Assembly: GCA_048213135.1 (NCBI GenBank)
Contig: PS015020.1
Span: 508,173-528,172 of the forward strand
Length of the DNA: 20,000 nt
Reading direction: 5' to 3'
DNA from: Reclinomonas americana ATCC 50394
Lineage: Eukaryota
Positions 1 to 11,450 of the stretch are shown in pieces; the first letter of the stretch is position 1, and the number at the start of each line of letters is the position of its first letter. The notes under the pieces are model-generated. The model did no database searches. It saw nothing but the letters and a program-made list of their open reading frames with translations, and had not been told where the DNA came from. Both the position numbers and the translations under genes were made by a program.

Positions 1-100
1 CAATGAGCAAACAAACACAAAAAACACGCGCGCCATCTCCAACGGTGATGATGGCCGACGACGCGACACACACACTCTTCGTTGTTTGTTGCTCGCTCAC

Positions 101-742
101 CTGCGCAGCGGCCTGTGCGGCGGCGGCGGCGGCCTGTTGCTGCTGCTGCTGAACCTGCGCGGCGACAGCGGCGGCGGCGGCCGAGGCGCTCAACGGCTGC
201 TGCTGCTGCACCTGCTGCGCAATCTGCTGCTGCACAATGCTCTGAATGTACTGGTGCAACAGCGCCGGGTCGCTGGCCAACCCCGCAAGCGACACCTACG
301 TGGCGAGGGAAAGTGATGAGTGGAAACAATCACAGTCAACAAACGGCACACATTGGCAAACGGCAACGACACACACACATGCTCTCTCAATAGCACATAC
401 ACACACGTAGACACACACAGACGCGCGTGTCACTATGCGCAAGCGAGTGGACGACAACAACGCACACAAACGACTGTGACACACCACACAAAAAGCGTCT
501 ACTTTTTGTCGTTTTTTCTCTCTCTTGCCACGCTCTTCCCCGTCGCTCACCTCTGGCTTGATGGGTGCTTGTGGTGCGGCAAAGGCGAGTGGCGCGGGGG
601 CGACGGCTGTGGAGGGGCCTGCTTGTGCGCGGTGATGATGGCCGCCAGTGACGAGTTGTGCTTGGCGCGCCAGAGCAGCGGCCGCGCGGCGCTGCTGGAT
701 GGCATCAAAGGCCTTTTGTTGAGCTTCACTGATGAAGCACAT
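101..742 (-). CDS. 5' part of a Gln/Ala-rich low-complexity protein (possibly a transcriptional regulator); continues off the left end of the window
   Basis: Exon 1 is 742-551 (ATG, MCFISEAQQKAFDAIQQRRAAAALARQ...APQAPIKPE), followed by a GTGAGC donor. After a TAG acceptor, exon 2 is 295-101 (VSLAGLASDPALLHQYIQSIVQQQIAQQVQQQQ...AAAQ), followed by another GTGAGC donor. Both junctions are phase 0, and the exons are GC-rich against CA/GT-rich introns. No recognisable domain lies inside the window. Confidence 0.7.
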
Positions 743-2447
743 GGTGTGATGTGACTGTGGTGTGTTTAGATGTCTGTGTGTGTGGGAAAAGAGTGAGTGA
801 GAGAGAATCGCATAAATCAATCATCGCCGCTCGCAAGCAAGTTCGACTCTGTGTTCTCTCTCTCGCGCTGTGCGTGTGCGCGTGTGTGTGTCTCTCACAT
901 GCGCGCGTGTGTGTACGTGTGTGGAGCGACGAGTCGCCGAGTGTGTCAAGTGTGAATGGGCAATCACCTTTGCGCTGCAGCGCGATGAAAAAAATTGAGG
1001 CCAATTGAAAATCGATATATGCTTGCCACTTTCAGCAGTCGCGCCCTTTGGTGCGCTGCTCTTTCACCACCTGCCACTCCTCAAAAACGTTTAATGTCAA
1101 TCGTGGACTGCGTGTGGGAAAGGTGGGAAAGAGTGACGAGTGAGAAGAAGAGCAAAAGGGAAAAGGGAAAGTCCGCCACTGTGGCGAATATGCCGCAAGA
1201 ACATTCGCGAGTGAGCGGAAATGGCGATACGGGAGTGAGACATGGCAATGGTGGTGATGGTGGTGGCCACATGAGAGCGCGAGTGTGATAGGTGGGAGAG
1301 AAGCAGGAGAAGGAGGAGGCTGGGCGAAAGGGCAAAACGCGCACAGGACGTTCAATACAGGCATGATCGCAATTGGCGAGTGAGTGAGTCGCGACGGGAA
1401 ACCGCCTTGGGCCCGCTGTTGCTTTTATGTGTCTGTGTGTGTGTGGTGACAAAAACTGATAGAACTGGGAAGAAGGAGGAGGAGGGTGGAAGGAGAGTGA
1501 GAGGCGACGATCGCGAGAGAGCGCGATATCGATCGATCATTTCATGGCCGTGCCCGACATGCGCAGCGCGTGTGTGAGGGCAGAGAAGTGGCGAGTGACA
1601 GTGTGATACGAGGGACGATAGTCTTAAACGGTGCAACGGGTACTGGATGTGCCGGAGAGTGACAACTGCCGATGGCCATTTTTAGGGAATGTTGGTGTGT
1701 GCAGCGTGTCACGATCGCGTTGTGGAGCGAACGGTGGCGATACAGTGCGTGCAGGAGAGAGAAGCGAGAAGGAGGCGGAGAAAGTGGTCTGCTTGTGGAT
1801 GTCAGCGATCGGGCGCGATGAAGGAGAGCGACGGAGCGAGATGGCATGCCAAGTTGGCAAGCAGGAGCAATTAGGAGGGGCGCAACCGGTTGGGCCGCTT
1901 CGATACAGATGCGGGGGAGTCAGCAGGTGCGCACGCAGCGTGACGCACCGGATCGAAAGAAGCGCCGAGATCAAAACAAGTGAGTGGTCTGCATTCCACG
2001 CCGTCACAATCGCGCCGGCATGCGCAAGCTGCATGATGCCGCGGCTCAACACCTGTGAGGATGAGCCGTGGCTCTCTGTAAGCAGCAAGACGCGCGGAAA
2101 TCGAAGAATCTCGGTGCGCAGCACATCGAAACTCGAGCGGTCTTTCAAGTGCCGCCGACGGAGGGAGCAATCAGGACGCTTCCTTGGCCGCAGATGTCTG
2201 CTGGCGACGCGTAGGAAACACGCTGCGTGCAGCAGCAGAAACGGACTCCTTTCGACAACAGAACAGCAAAAAACTGACGCTGGTCGGCATTCACGAGTAA
2301 AACTGTCTCTTCTGGGCTTCGCAATCATGTCCACGCTCGGGAGGCAGCAACGTGGTCACGGGTGGCATCGAAGAAGAGAAAGAAAGGCTCGCCGTCGCCA
2401 GGAAGCAGCAGCTCACAACAGAGGTGCAGCGAGGGCAGAAGTCCATT

Positions 2448-2899
2448 GACAGTTCAGCTGCAGTTCTTCACGAAGCAACTCCAAAGGTGCAGGAGACAGG
2501 TCAAAAGTACTACACACAGCGAGTGCATCTTGAACACAGGTCGAGACACGTCGGAAAGCAGAAGTCACTCTGAAGGTGCATCAAGGGCAGGAGACAGATC
2601 ACGAACCCGCTGATGTCAAAAAAAGGAGACAGGCACACAAGTACTCAGAGATGCATGAAGAGTTACACGCAGATCAGGCAGCCTTCTGCAATGATGAGGT
2701 CTGGTCAAGACAGTTCAGCTGTTCATGAAGCAGCAACCCACTCTGCAGGTTCATGAAGCGCAAAACACAGATCAGCAACCGTCTGCAAAGGTGTTTCCGA
2801 AAAGGTCTGTCTCCGTCACCGATCGGCCACCTCACAATGACAGTTCAGCTGTTCACGACAGCAAGCCACTAGTGGATCAGCGATCCTCTGCAAAGGTGT
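2448..2899. repeat. Degenerate clustered repeats in intergenic DNA
   Basis: GACAGTTCAGCTG occurs at 2448, 2709 and 2839. (A)GATCAG-N-TCTGCAA(AGGTGT) occurs at about 2671, 2769 and 2875. Confidence 0.6.
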
Positions 2900-4036
2900 A
2901 CCGATGGCAAAACACACACAGGTGCACGGAGAACAGGAGACCCTCTCTTGACGATCTTCAGCAGCACACCACGGGTCAACACAGCAGAAACCCGCTCTCC
3001 AATGGCCCAGACTCTTTCAGAGATCAGTAGCCCACGAGAACGGTGCATCAAGAGGAGTTCAGATTGTTTCAGCGATTTTCTCAGGGTGTCTCCGATCAGC
3101 AAGAAAACTGGCTCCATACCGCAGAACAACAGCACATGAGTCTTGAAAGCTCTTCTCCTTCGCTGAATAAATAGAGAATGACAACACCTTGGTCTCGAGC
3201 TTCTCTCCACCACAGAACCACAGCGAGTGGCTCTCAAAGCATCTCTCTCTCTCTCTCTCGATGAATCAACAGAAAGACTATACCTTGTTCTCATCCAAAT
3301 CACATCTCTCTTGAGCTCATCTCCGCTGAATCAACAGAGAAAGACAGTAGAGTTTCTCCCCACTCTTACATGCTCTTCTCCATCAACAGACTCGGTCTCT
3401 CACAAGGAAACTGACTCCATCCTCTCGCCCACCACATATCTCTGCACTCCCACCAACAGAGACAGTTTCCGTTTTCGACTTTCTTTTTATTGCCATCCAC
3501 GGCACACAACACGACACGACACGACACACATACCACTCAACCTACATTCTCATGCCACAAAAAAAGAGACAAAGACGGGAAAGAATGCCAACAGTAGCGT
3601 CGCCCAGCGTGTGAAGAAGACAATCAATATCCATGCCCGTTCACACAACAACAACGACGCACTACACCGCACATTCTCTCCACCTCCCTACCCCTCTTCC
3701 CGCTGCCACAAGAGAGCAGCAGCAGCAGCACACTCAACCAAACAGACACACACAATGCCACACATATTCGACCACAAATCACACACATCCACACCTACAC
3801 AAGCCTCCCCTCCTTTTAACCGCAAATGCAGCCAAACTCTCGCCCAGCACATGTCACAAACGCACACCAACCCCACAAGACTACCCACGGAGAGACAGTC
3901 GAGGGAGGAGGCGGTGAGACGCAACAGCACCAGTCAAGCAGAGGCCACACCCGCGGAAAAAACATTAAGAAACAGAAACAAGCAAGCAAGCGCACGAGAG
4001 AGAGAAACGAGAGAGATAGAGAGCGAGGTGACTTGC

Positions 4037-5122
4037 TTATTTCTCAGTCTTGCTGTCGACCACGGCCTCGTCACCGAGGGCGGCCAGGGTGCAGACAATC
4101 ACCGTCTCGCCAGCATCGTACGAGGCGCGGATCTTGTCGCCAACCTCACCCTCCGGGAGCTTGAGGTCAGACTGCGCACACCTCCAATCAGTCATCTCCT
4201 TCTCCGCATCTCTTCGCCAGCCAATACATGCAGCAAACCTTCTCCGAGCCGTCCTCAGTCAGGAGCGACAGGAAGCCGTCGGCGGTGATGTCGAGCAGGG
4301 TGTACTCGAACTTGTTGACGACCTGCATCGACGAGATGATGAGGACAAAGAAGCAATTCGTCATGTGTGTGAACAGATGAGCGACAAACCGGCTGCTCCA
4401 TGTTGTGCGACGTCGGGCACGAATCCTCGTACTTCTTGCCCGTGAAGATGTCGACGCCCATCATGTTGGCCTGTGTCACCAAAAAAAGTGTGTGAGATGG
4501 CGACATTAAACACACGACAGACCACGAGACAAGGCGAGAAGAAGGAGAGGAGCGCGTGCGTGTATATGCGGATGAGTGTGTATGTGTGTGTGTTTGAAAG
4601 GGAAGGTGTCATGTGCGGGGGCGAGTGAGAGGGGAGAGGGAGGGGGAAACATGGCGAACCTTGGCGTGACCGTGCTTGCCAGTCTTGGAGGTGGTGACCT
4701 CGATAATCTTGCACGGCTTGCCCTTGATCATCACCAGCGTGCCCTATGCACAAAAGCAGAGAGAGAGAAATATGAGACACACACAAAGATGACGCTGAGA
4801 GAGCGCAGCGCATGAGCATTGCCCGCCATGGCACTACCCCCACTCTCTCTCCGCCTCTCGTTCACTTCCTCGCTGTCACACACACATACACATACGCACA
4901 CGCGCGCGCACGCTTGACGAAGAAAACACACAGTCGATGTTGACATTGGGTATGACGCGTGCGTGGATCCGACAACAACACTACACACACTCTCTGCTCT
5001 CTGCTGCCTCTCTCTCTCTCTATCACGCTCTGACTGACCTTGCGGACGGCGCCGGCCTGAATGGGCACGGTCTTGGACGCGCCAGAATCAGAAACCTCAA
5101 CCTCAGTGTCGACTCCAGACAT
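4037..5122 (-). CDS. eIF5A: Eukaryotic translation factor eIF5A (hypusine-containing), 155 aa, 5 exons
   Basis: Exons are 5122-5039, 4743-4660, 4470-4390, 4322-4239 and 4171-4037, all GT-AG and phase 0. Spliced protein: [155 protein letters not shown]. It contains the diagnostic hypusination motif [10 protein letters not shown]. Confidence 0.98.
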
Positions 5123-6061
5123 GGTGGCGGTGGTGGAAGAAGTAGTTGGAAGAAGAAGAGCTGCGCGGTGGTGGGTGAGGGGTGGAATGGGGAGAGGGAG
5201 GGAGAGAAAGAGAGAATGGGAAGACAAGCAGTGAGCGTGTGATATAAATGGGTCACGCGTTTTTGACACACAGCTCTCACTATCTCTCTCTCTGACACGG
5301 AGGCTGTCTGGGCGGGTGTGTGTGTGTGTCGTCTGCGTGTGTGCGTGTGTGTGTAGTGGGCGCGGGGGGTGTTTCCGTCACACACACCTCAACCAAAAAT
5401 ATCGTAATCAGTCGAGTGGAGCGGAGTGTGGAATCGCAGAAGTCCATTGCGGTGCAGCTGACTCGCGTTCGAGTCCAGAAGCATCGTCTTCACTGCCTCC
5501 TACCCTTCTACGTGGCTGCTAGCCTCCGGAATTCGTATCCGGAAAATATCGAACAAAGCAAAGTCGACTGCGAATTCGAAGTTGCTTCCTCGTATAAGCC
5601 GTGTGCCAACAGGACTCAGAATTCCTAGTTTACTAAGCACCGCTCCTGCCTTCGGGAACTGGGTTGCGTCGAATGCAACGCTGGTGCCGATCCAAATTCG
5701 AATTCCCGAAATTGTTTTCGATCTCGGAACCGTAGCCGCGAGGAAAGCGTACATCGTCGCTGCCATCAGCACTGAGAGTCGTGCAGATGTTTGGCACCTG
5801 GACGCCCATTAACAGCCGCCGCGCGCTGCGTTGCCTCTTTGTTGGCCAATCATGATCAATTCGCTTGCATCCTTCGACGTCTCGAAACTTTGCACCAGCA
5901 TTCCCTCATGAGCACCGTAACACAGGAACGGATCAACCACACCCATCGACTCGACTTTCTTGGAGTTCTCCCTCTCTGCTGCAAAGTTGTCCACCAATTC
6001 CCGCAAAACCAATTTGCCGACACTTTCGTTGTGCATACGCATGCGTGCCTTCACCACGCAG

Positions 6062-7130
6062 CACCAACCACCACCACCACCACCTCCTCCTCTTCCTCTT
6101 CGCCACCATCGTCACCGTCTCTTGCGCCCTCGCACACACGGCGACAGCGAATTCGAATGAGTGCGCGGTGCTCAACTCCAAGGAGTCTCCTGTGAGCACA
6201 CACAATGTGCATCCGACGCTCGGCGACAACCTTACCATGATTGTGCGCCAGCGTCGCGTGACGCACTCCCTCTCTGGCATCACCGACACGCACGAAGCAG
6301 GCACGTACCAACGCAATGTCCGCTGTGCCAAATACCAATGCCATACAATCTCACTCTCACTCTCTCTCTCTCCCTCTCTCCCTCTCCCTCACCCAGTGCT
6401 GGCGTACGGGCGCCAGCACGGCCTGCAGCACGACTGCGCAGCGCTGGAGGAGATGCACGACGCGGCCGTGCGTGCGCTGCGAAAGCACACGCGCAATGCG
6501 GTGATGGCGCAGTATCCGAGGCTGGCGAGGCCACCAAAGGAGGCCTTCCGCACGCCGGACTACTCGGCATTCTCCAATTTTTACGACCGATTCCTGGAGG
6601 TGGTGCCGGTGGAGACCACGTGGCGCATGCTGGAGATTGGCACGCTGGAGGGACGCACGGCGTTCTACTTGCTGAACAACTCGCCGCCGACAACCACTCT
6701 CGACTGCATCGACGACGGCAACAGTCTCGACACCTTCAACCGCGTGCTCGCTCCCTTCCTGGAGCAGGGCCGAGTGAGCTTTCTGCGCGGCGCCAGCGTT
6801 CCGATCATGGCGCGCATGGTGGGTGCCCAGCCGCCTGTCGAGCCGTACGACTTCATCTATGTCGACGGCTGCCACACGGCGATTCGCACGCTGGAGGACC
6901 TGACGTTGGCCTTTCGGCTGCTGCGCGTCGGTGGCATCATGGCCATCGACGACTACCTGCTGAAATCCGACGAGCCGTGGGTGCCGGCCTTCCACAAGCC
7001 GACGCCGGCCGTCGACGCCTTCCTGCAGGTGTACACCGCCGAGGTGGTCGTGCTGCACAAGGCGTATCAGGTGTGGGTACGCAAGCTGGCGCCACCCGAC
7101 GGCCTGTGTGGCTGCCACGCGATTCAGTGA
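6062..7130 (+). CDS. Class I SAM-dependent methyltransferase (Methyltransf_24-like) with a hydrophobic signal/anchor segment; start codon unresolved
   Basis: Motif I is MLEIGTLEGRTAFYLL, followed by YDFIYVDGCH...EDLTLAFRLLRVGGIMAIDDY, typical of Methyltransf_24. The main exon is 6397-7130 (TGA). Likely in-frame introns are 6192-6251 (GTGAGC..CAG, 60 nt) and 6301-6396 (GCACGT..CAG, 96 nt). The upstream exon encodes LLLFLFATIVTVSCALAHTATA. No in-frame ATG precedes it, so a further 5' exon is probable (possible acceptor CAG at 6059-6061). Confidence 0.85.
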
Positions 7131-8378
7131 GTGTGGGCAGAAGGGAGAGTGGAGGGGAGAGAGAGTGAGAGGCCAGAGAGAGAGAGAGAGAGAGGGACAC
7201 CTTGTGACGCCTCGACTCTTTGCTGTATTTGTACTGTGAGTGTGATTGTGAAGACACTTTTATCTGAACCTACCTGCAACCTCCACTTGCGTCTGCAACG
7301 TGGTACGCAGCGTCGTAGTCGCTGGACAAGGCGCGTGTTGACATTGATCAATTGATATCCGGAATTGGAATTAATACTTTTCACCTTGCAGACTTCATCA
7401 CTGTACGGGGCGCCACACAGTGTCGGTTGCTTCTTCTCGCCCCGCTCCCGGAACTTGATTTATTGCAATCTATTGGCAATTGTGCGCAGTGCAACCGGCT
7501 GTGCAGTGTGTGGCCGGGCACCGGTGTCGTCGGCAGCCTGAGCACGCGGCGGACCGGTTAGCGACTACGGGTTTTCGAGCAGCTTTTCTTTTTCCACTGT
7601 GACTTCTGCTGCAGTATTCTGTCACCGCAAGCGAACCTTGCCTTCTTGCTTTTCTCTGTGCGTGTGCGTTCGGTTTTTGTATTGAACGTTGTTGCGGGAT
7701 TCTGGTCCGTTGCCGCGCAGACACCTCAAATTCATCACGGAAGCGACGCAGGGAGAGACCCACGGGGGATAGCGACTGTCTTAAGAAGTCGGACTACGTA
7801 CACAGGCAAACTGTCGAGTTTCTCGTTTATCGCAAATTGATTTGCTGGCACGCGCGCACTTTTTGCATCACTCGCTCCACATGCTTGCGGACCTCGTCAA
7901 TGGCCTGCACGCCAAAATGTTATCCAAAACCGAGTGCATTTGCATCACTCTCTGCACGTGGTGATGGCGACTCGCGCGCCATGATCGATTTCCGATGGCG
8001 ATCGCGATGAAAACAGGCACGTTTTATTTAATTCCTCGTATCGACAGTTGTCCCGAAGTGCAGTTTCACGTTTCTCTTTCTCCCTCTCCCCCTCACGCAC
8101 TCGCTCCCAGCGCCCCCCGCTTCTTATTCACCGCCATATTGTGGCGTTCGAAACTCGCGCCCGGCCGACCTCAAATTTACGCAACTCGCCCAAATAGGGA
8201 GCGAGCGCCAATTCGTGTCGACAATCGTGAGAGCGAAAGACACACACACAGAAATACCCCGTGTAGCACGGGCGAAATCACAACGCCCGTTCTCTCAACC
8301 GTCCCAATTCACGGGAGCGCGCGCGCGCGTGTGTGTGTGTGTGAGAGAGTGCGCCACGCACAGAGTGTATATTAGCGG

Positions 8379-11300
8379 ATGACTCTCGCCAGTGACGATG
8401 GCGGTGTGGCGCTCCTCTTCATCGCCTCCACGGTGAGTCTCTCTCTCTTCTCTCTCTGTCTTCCCCTCCTCCTCCACCACACACACGCATTGTCAGAGAG
8501 AGAGAGAGGGAGTGGCTGTGTGTGCGTCAAGCAATACCATTTTCTTTCATCTTCCCCTGTTCCGTTGTGCCACCTGTGATGTGACACCTGCCACATCACG
8601 CGATACAGGCGCTGCTGGGCCCGCTCGGCTACCTGCTCATCGAGGCGTCGACTACCCGCGCCGGCATCCAAAACTCAGTCTTTCGCTGTTTCCTCGCCCT
8701 CGCCGTTGCCGGCCTCTGCTGGTGGCTCCTCGGTGCCGCCGTCGCCACTCCGTCCGCCGGCAATGGTGTACTGAGCGTGCGCACGGAGGCACTGGCCAGT
8801 GTGCCCACACAGAGCGCCATTGAGTGGATGTTTGGCTTGTCGCTTCTAACAGCCTGTGGTGCGTTTTTTTTTAAGCGTCCATGTCGCGCGGAGTTCAATA
8901 TCCGGTATTGACACCTTGTTCTCAGTCGCGACCATCAGTGGTGCGGTGGCCGAGCGCGCCAAGCTGAGCGCGTACGTGGCGCTGTGTGTGTTCGTGTCGG
9001 TGGTGGTGTTTCCGTTGGTGTCGTCGTGGACGTGGGCGGTTTCGGGCTTTCTTAGCGGGTACGTTGTTGAAAAACTCGCATTACCTTTTCGGGAAACGGT
9101 ATCTCCAGCTCTCCCTTCCTTTCTTTGTTGTCGTCGATGTCGAGGGCTGCGTGTGCAGAGGAGAGACACTCCCACACGCTCGTTTGTGTGAGTGTGCCTC
9201 CTGGCTCTTAATATCGCTTTTACAGTTCGTCGCGCACTCTTTTTGTCGTCTGTGTGCGTGTTCGTGTGCTCTCTTTGTATGTTCGCGCGTGGTGTGTGTC
9301 TGCGTGTCTGTGTGTCTTTGTGTCTTTGCGTGTGTCTGGTGAGTGCGCGTGGCTGCGTGTCTGGTCTCAAAAATGTGCTGTTTTCTGTTGTCTCACCACT
9401 GGTTTTTGACTTGCGTTTTCAGACTCTTTTCTCTCTCTCTCCTGCTCGCTCGCTCTCCGTCTTTCTCTCGTGCCCTGTGTCAACGCACTGTATGTGTTTG
9501 CGTCGCGATCGTCTGTTTTTTCTCAGCGGAGACATCGTGCGCATGCGCACGTTTCTTTTTTGGTTTTGTGTCGTCTCTCTTCTCTTTTCTTTCTCTTTCT
9601 CTTTCTCTCGCACATCCCCCTGCCTTGTCATCATGGGTGGATGTTTGCGCGTGCTGATCACCCGCATGGCATCTGCTATGCGCCTGACAACCAGATTCTT
9701 TTGTTTTCTCTTTCCTCTCGCTCGCCCCTATCGCACCCCACTCTCCTCCTCCACCTCCTCCTCCTCCTCCACCCTCCCTGCCTCGCCTTCTCTCCTCAAT
9801 CGTGTTCGGGAATCGCAAACCCTTCCATATATAGTGATGCATCTCCTTTTTCTTTTTGTGCAGTCGTGCCCCGGCCTCGTCTCGCCTGGTCGGCGGCATA
9901 TTCCTCGTGGACGCCGCCGGTGCCGGTGCAGTGCACCTCGTCAGCGGCATGGTCGCGCTGGTCGCCGCCAAACTCGTCGGTCAAAAGGCAGAAACCGCCT
10001 CCTCAGCAGCATCCAGCACCAGCCGGAACAGCGCTGTGCACAAAACCGCAACTGCCACCACCACCACCAAGACCGTATCGCCGTCCACCACCATTGCATC
10101 TCCGTCACCGGTTTCTGCCACGGTGACACCGGATCCGCATGCACCCGTACGCACCACGGCGGATTTCTGTGCCGCGCCCTCGGCCGCAGGCACCACACTC
10201 GGCCACGAGCTGGGCATGTCGCGACGCAATGTGCTGCGCAGTGGCGGGGAGATGCCGACCGCCGAGGATGTGGAGAGTGGCGGCTTCGGCGGCAGCAGTG
10301 GCGGCGATGAGCCGGATGTGGAGGATGACGACGAGGAGACGCTGGATCCGCATGTGGAGCTGCTGCGCGCGGCGTGGGTGAAGAACCAGTTTATTTTGCA
10401 GGCGTTTGGCACGTTGTTGGTGGTGCTGTCGTGTGTTGGACTGGCGGGTGCGTCGCCGTGGCTTCTCGTTGGTCACGGAGACATTTCCATGTCCATTAGT
10501 GGTGAGCTGGAAGAGGGGGGAGGAGGAGGAGCAGGGGGAAAGGAGAAGGGAGAGAAGGAGGAGAAGAGGGGAAGAAGGGGGATGAAGAGGAAGAGAGGAG
10601 GGGAAAGAGTAGCAGCAGCAGCAGCAGCAGCAGCGGCAGAAGAATAAGAAGAAGAGAAAAACAACAAGAAGATAACGGAGGAGAAGAATAACGATGAAGA
10701 GAAACAAGAACAAGAAGACAAGAAGAAAAGAGGAACAAGAAAAAGAAGAAGAGAGTAAGAAGAAGCAAAGATGACAGGGGGAGGAGAGAAGAGAGTCTTT
10801 GCTTTTTTCTTTTCTTTGTTGTTGCTGACCTCCGTCTTTCCCTCGTCCGCAGCCACCGCCGTTGTCAACACATTGCTGTGCTCGTTCGCGTCGGCGGCCG
10901 CCACGGTGACGCTCAGCCGCCTGATGCAGGGCCGCTACGACCTGCAGAGTCTACTAAACTCGGCAATCGCTGGCGCTGTGGCGGCGTCGTCTGGGTGTGC
11001 GGTGGTGGCCTCGTGGGGTGCCGTTCTTACGGGAATCGCCGCCGCCTTTTTGTACCGCATGGCCACGGCACTGTTGAGACGGTGGCGACCAGTGGACTCG
11101 ATCGAGGTGTGGCCTGTGCATGCTGCGTGCGGTGCTTGGGGTCTTCTCGCCACCGGCATCCTCGCCGACTCGGATCGCGTCACTCTTGGTGCGTTGTGGG
11201 TTTTCCAGTCGCTTTCTGTTATTATCATTGTCTTCTCACCCCCACCTCCTCACCAGTGTACGGCCCCGGCTCGTCGGCATCGGTGTTTGCGCGCATTGGC

Positions 11301-11450
11301 GTGCAGCTGCTGGGTCTGTCTGTCATCTCGCTGTGGACGCTCATCACCACCGCCGTGTTCCTGTGGGCCCTCCCGCTCATGTACACCGACAAGCGACTGC
11401 ACGAGCGGTCCGCGTCGGTGCATCTGTTTGGCGACGACACGGAGTTGGTG
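8379..11450 (+). other. Amt/Mep/Rh ammonium transporter domain (exons 1-6 of the fusion gene)
   Basis: Hydrophobic helices in the Amt order. Twin His codons are at 9934-9936 (GAVHLVSG) and 11119-11121 (PVHAACG), and the GAxAER motif is at about 8941-8958. Confidence 0.92.

Noticed and set aside
1624-2449. Overlapping 236-aa (-) and 272-aa (+) ORFs
   Set aside because: No recognisable motifs or coding-like codon pattern, non-ATG starts and no consistent splice structure.
3227-4288. 353-aa plus-strand ORF
   Set aside because: It starts at GTG, its translation is driven by CA-rich low-complexity DNA, and it overlaps eIF5A exons and the likely 3' UTR in antisense.
5520-5720. GAA/TTC-rich heat-shock-element-like motifs between eIF5A and the methyltransferase
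   Set aside because: Only two-unit matches are present, with no clean three-unit nGAAn array.
9192-9863. Hydrophobic ORF that might add transmembrane helices to the Amt
   Set aside because: It is a translation of GT/CT-rich intron 3. Exons 3 and 4 join in phase and give a continuous Amt alignment without it.
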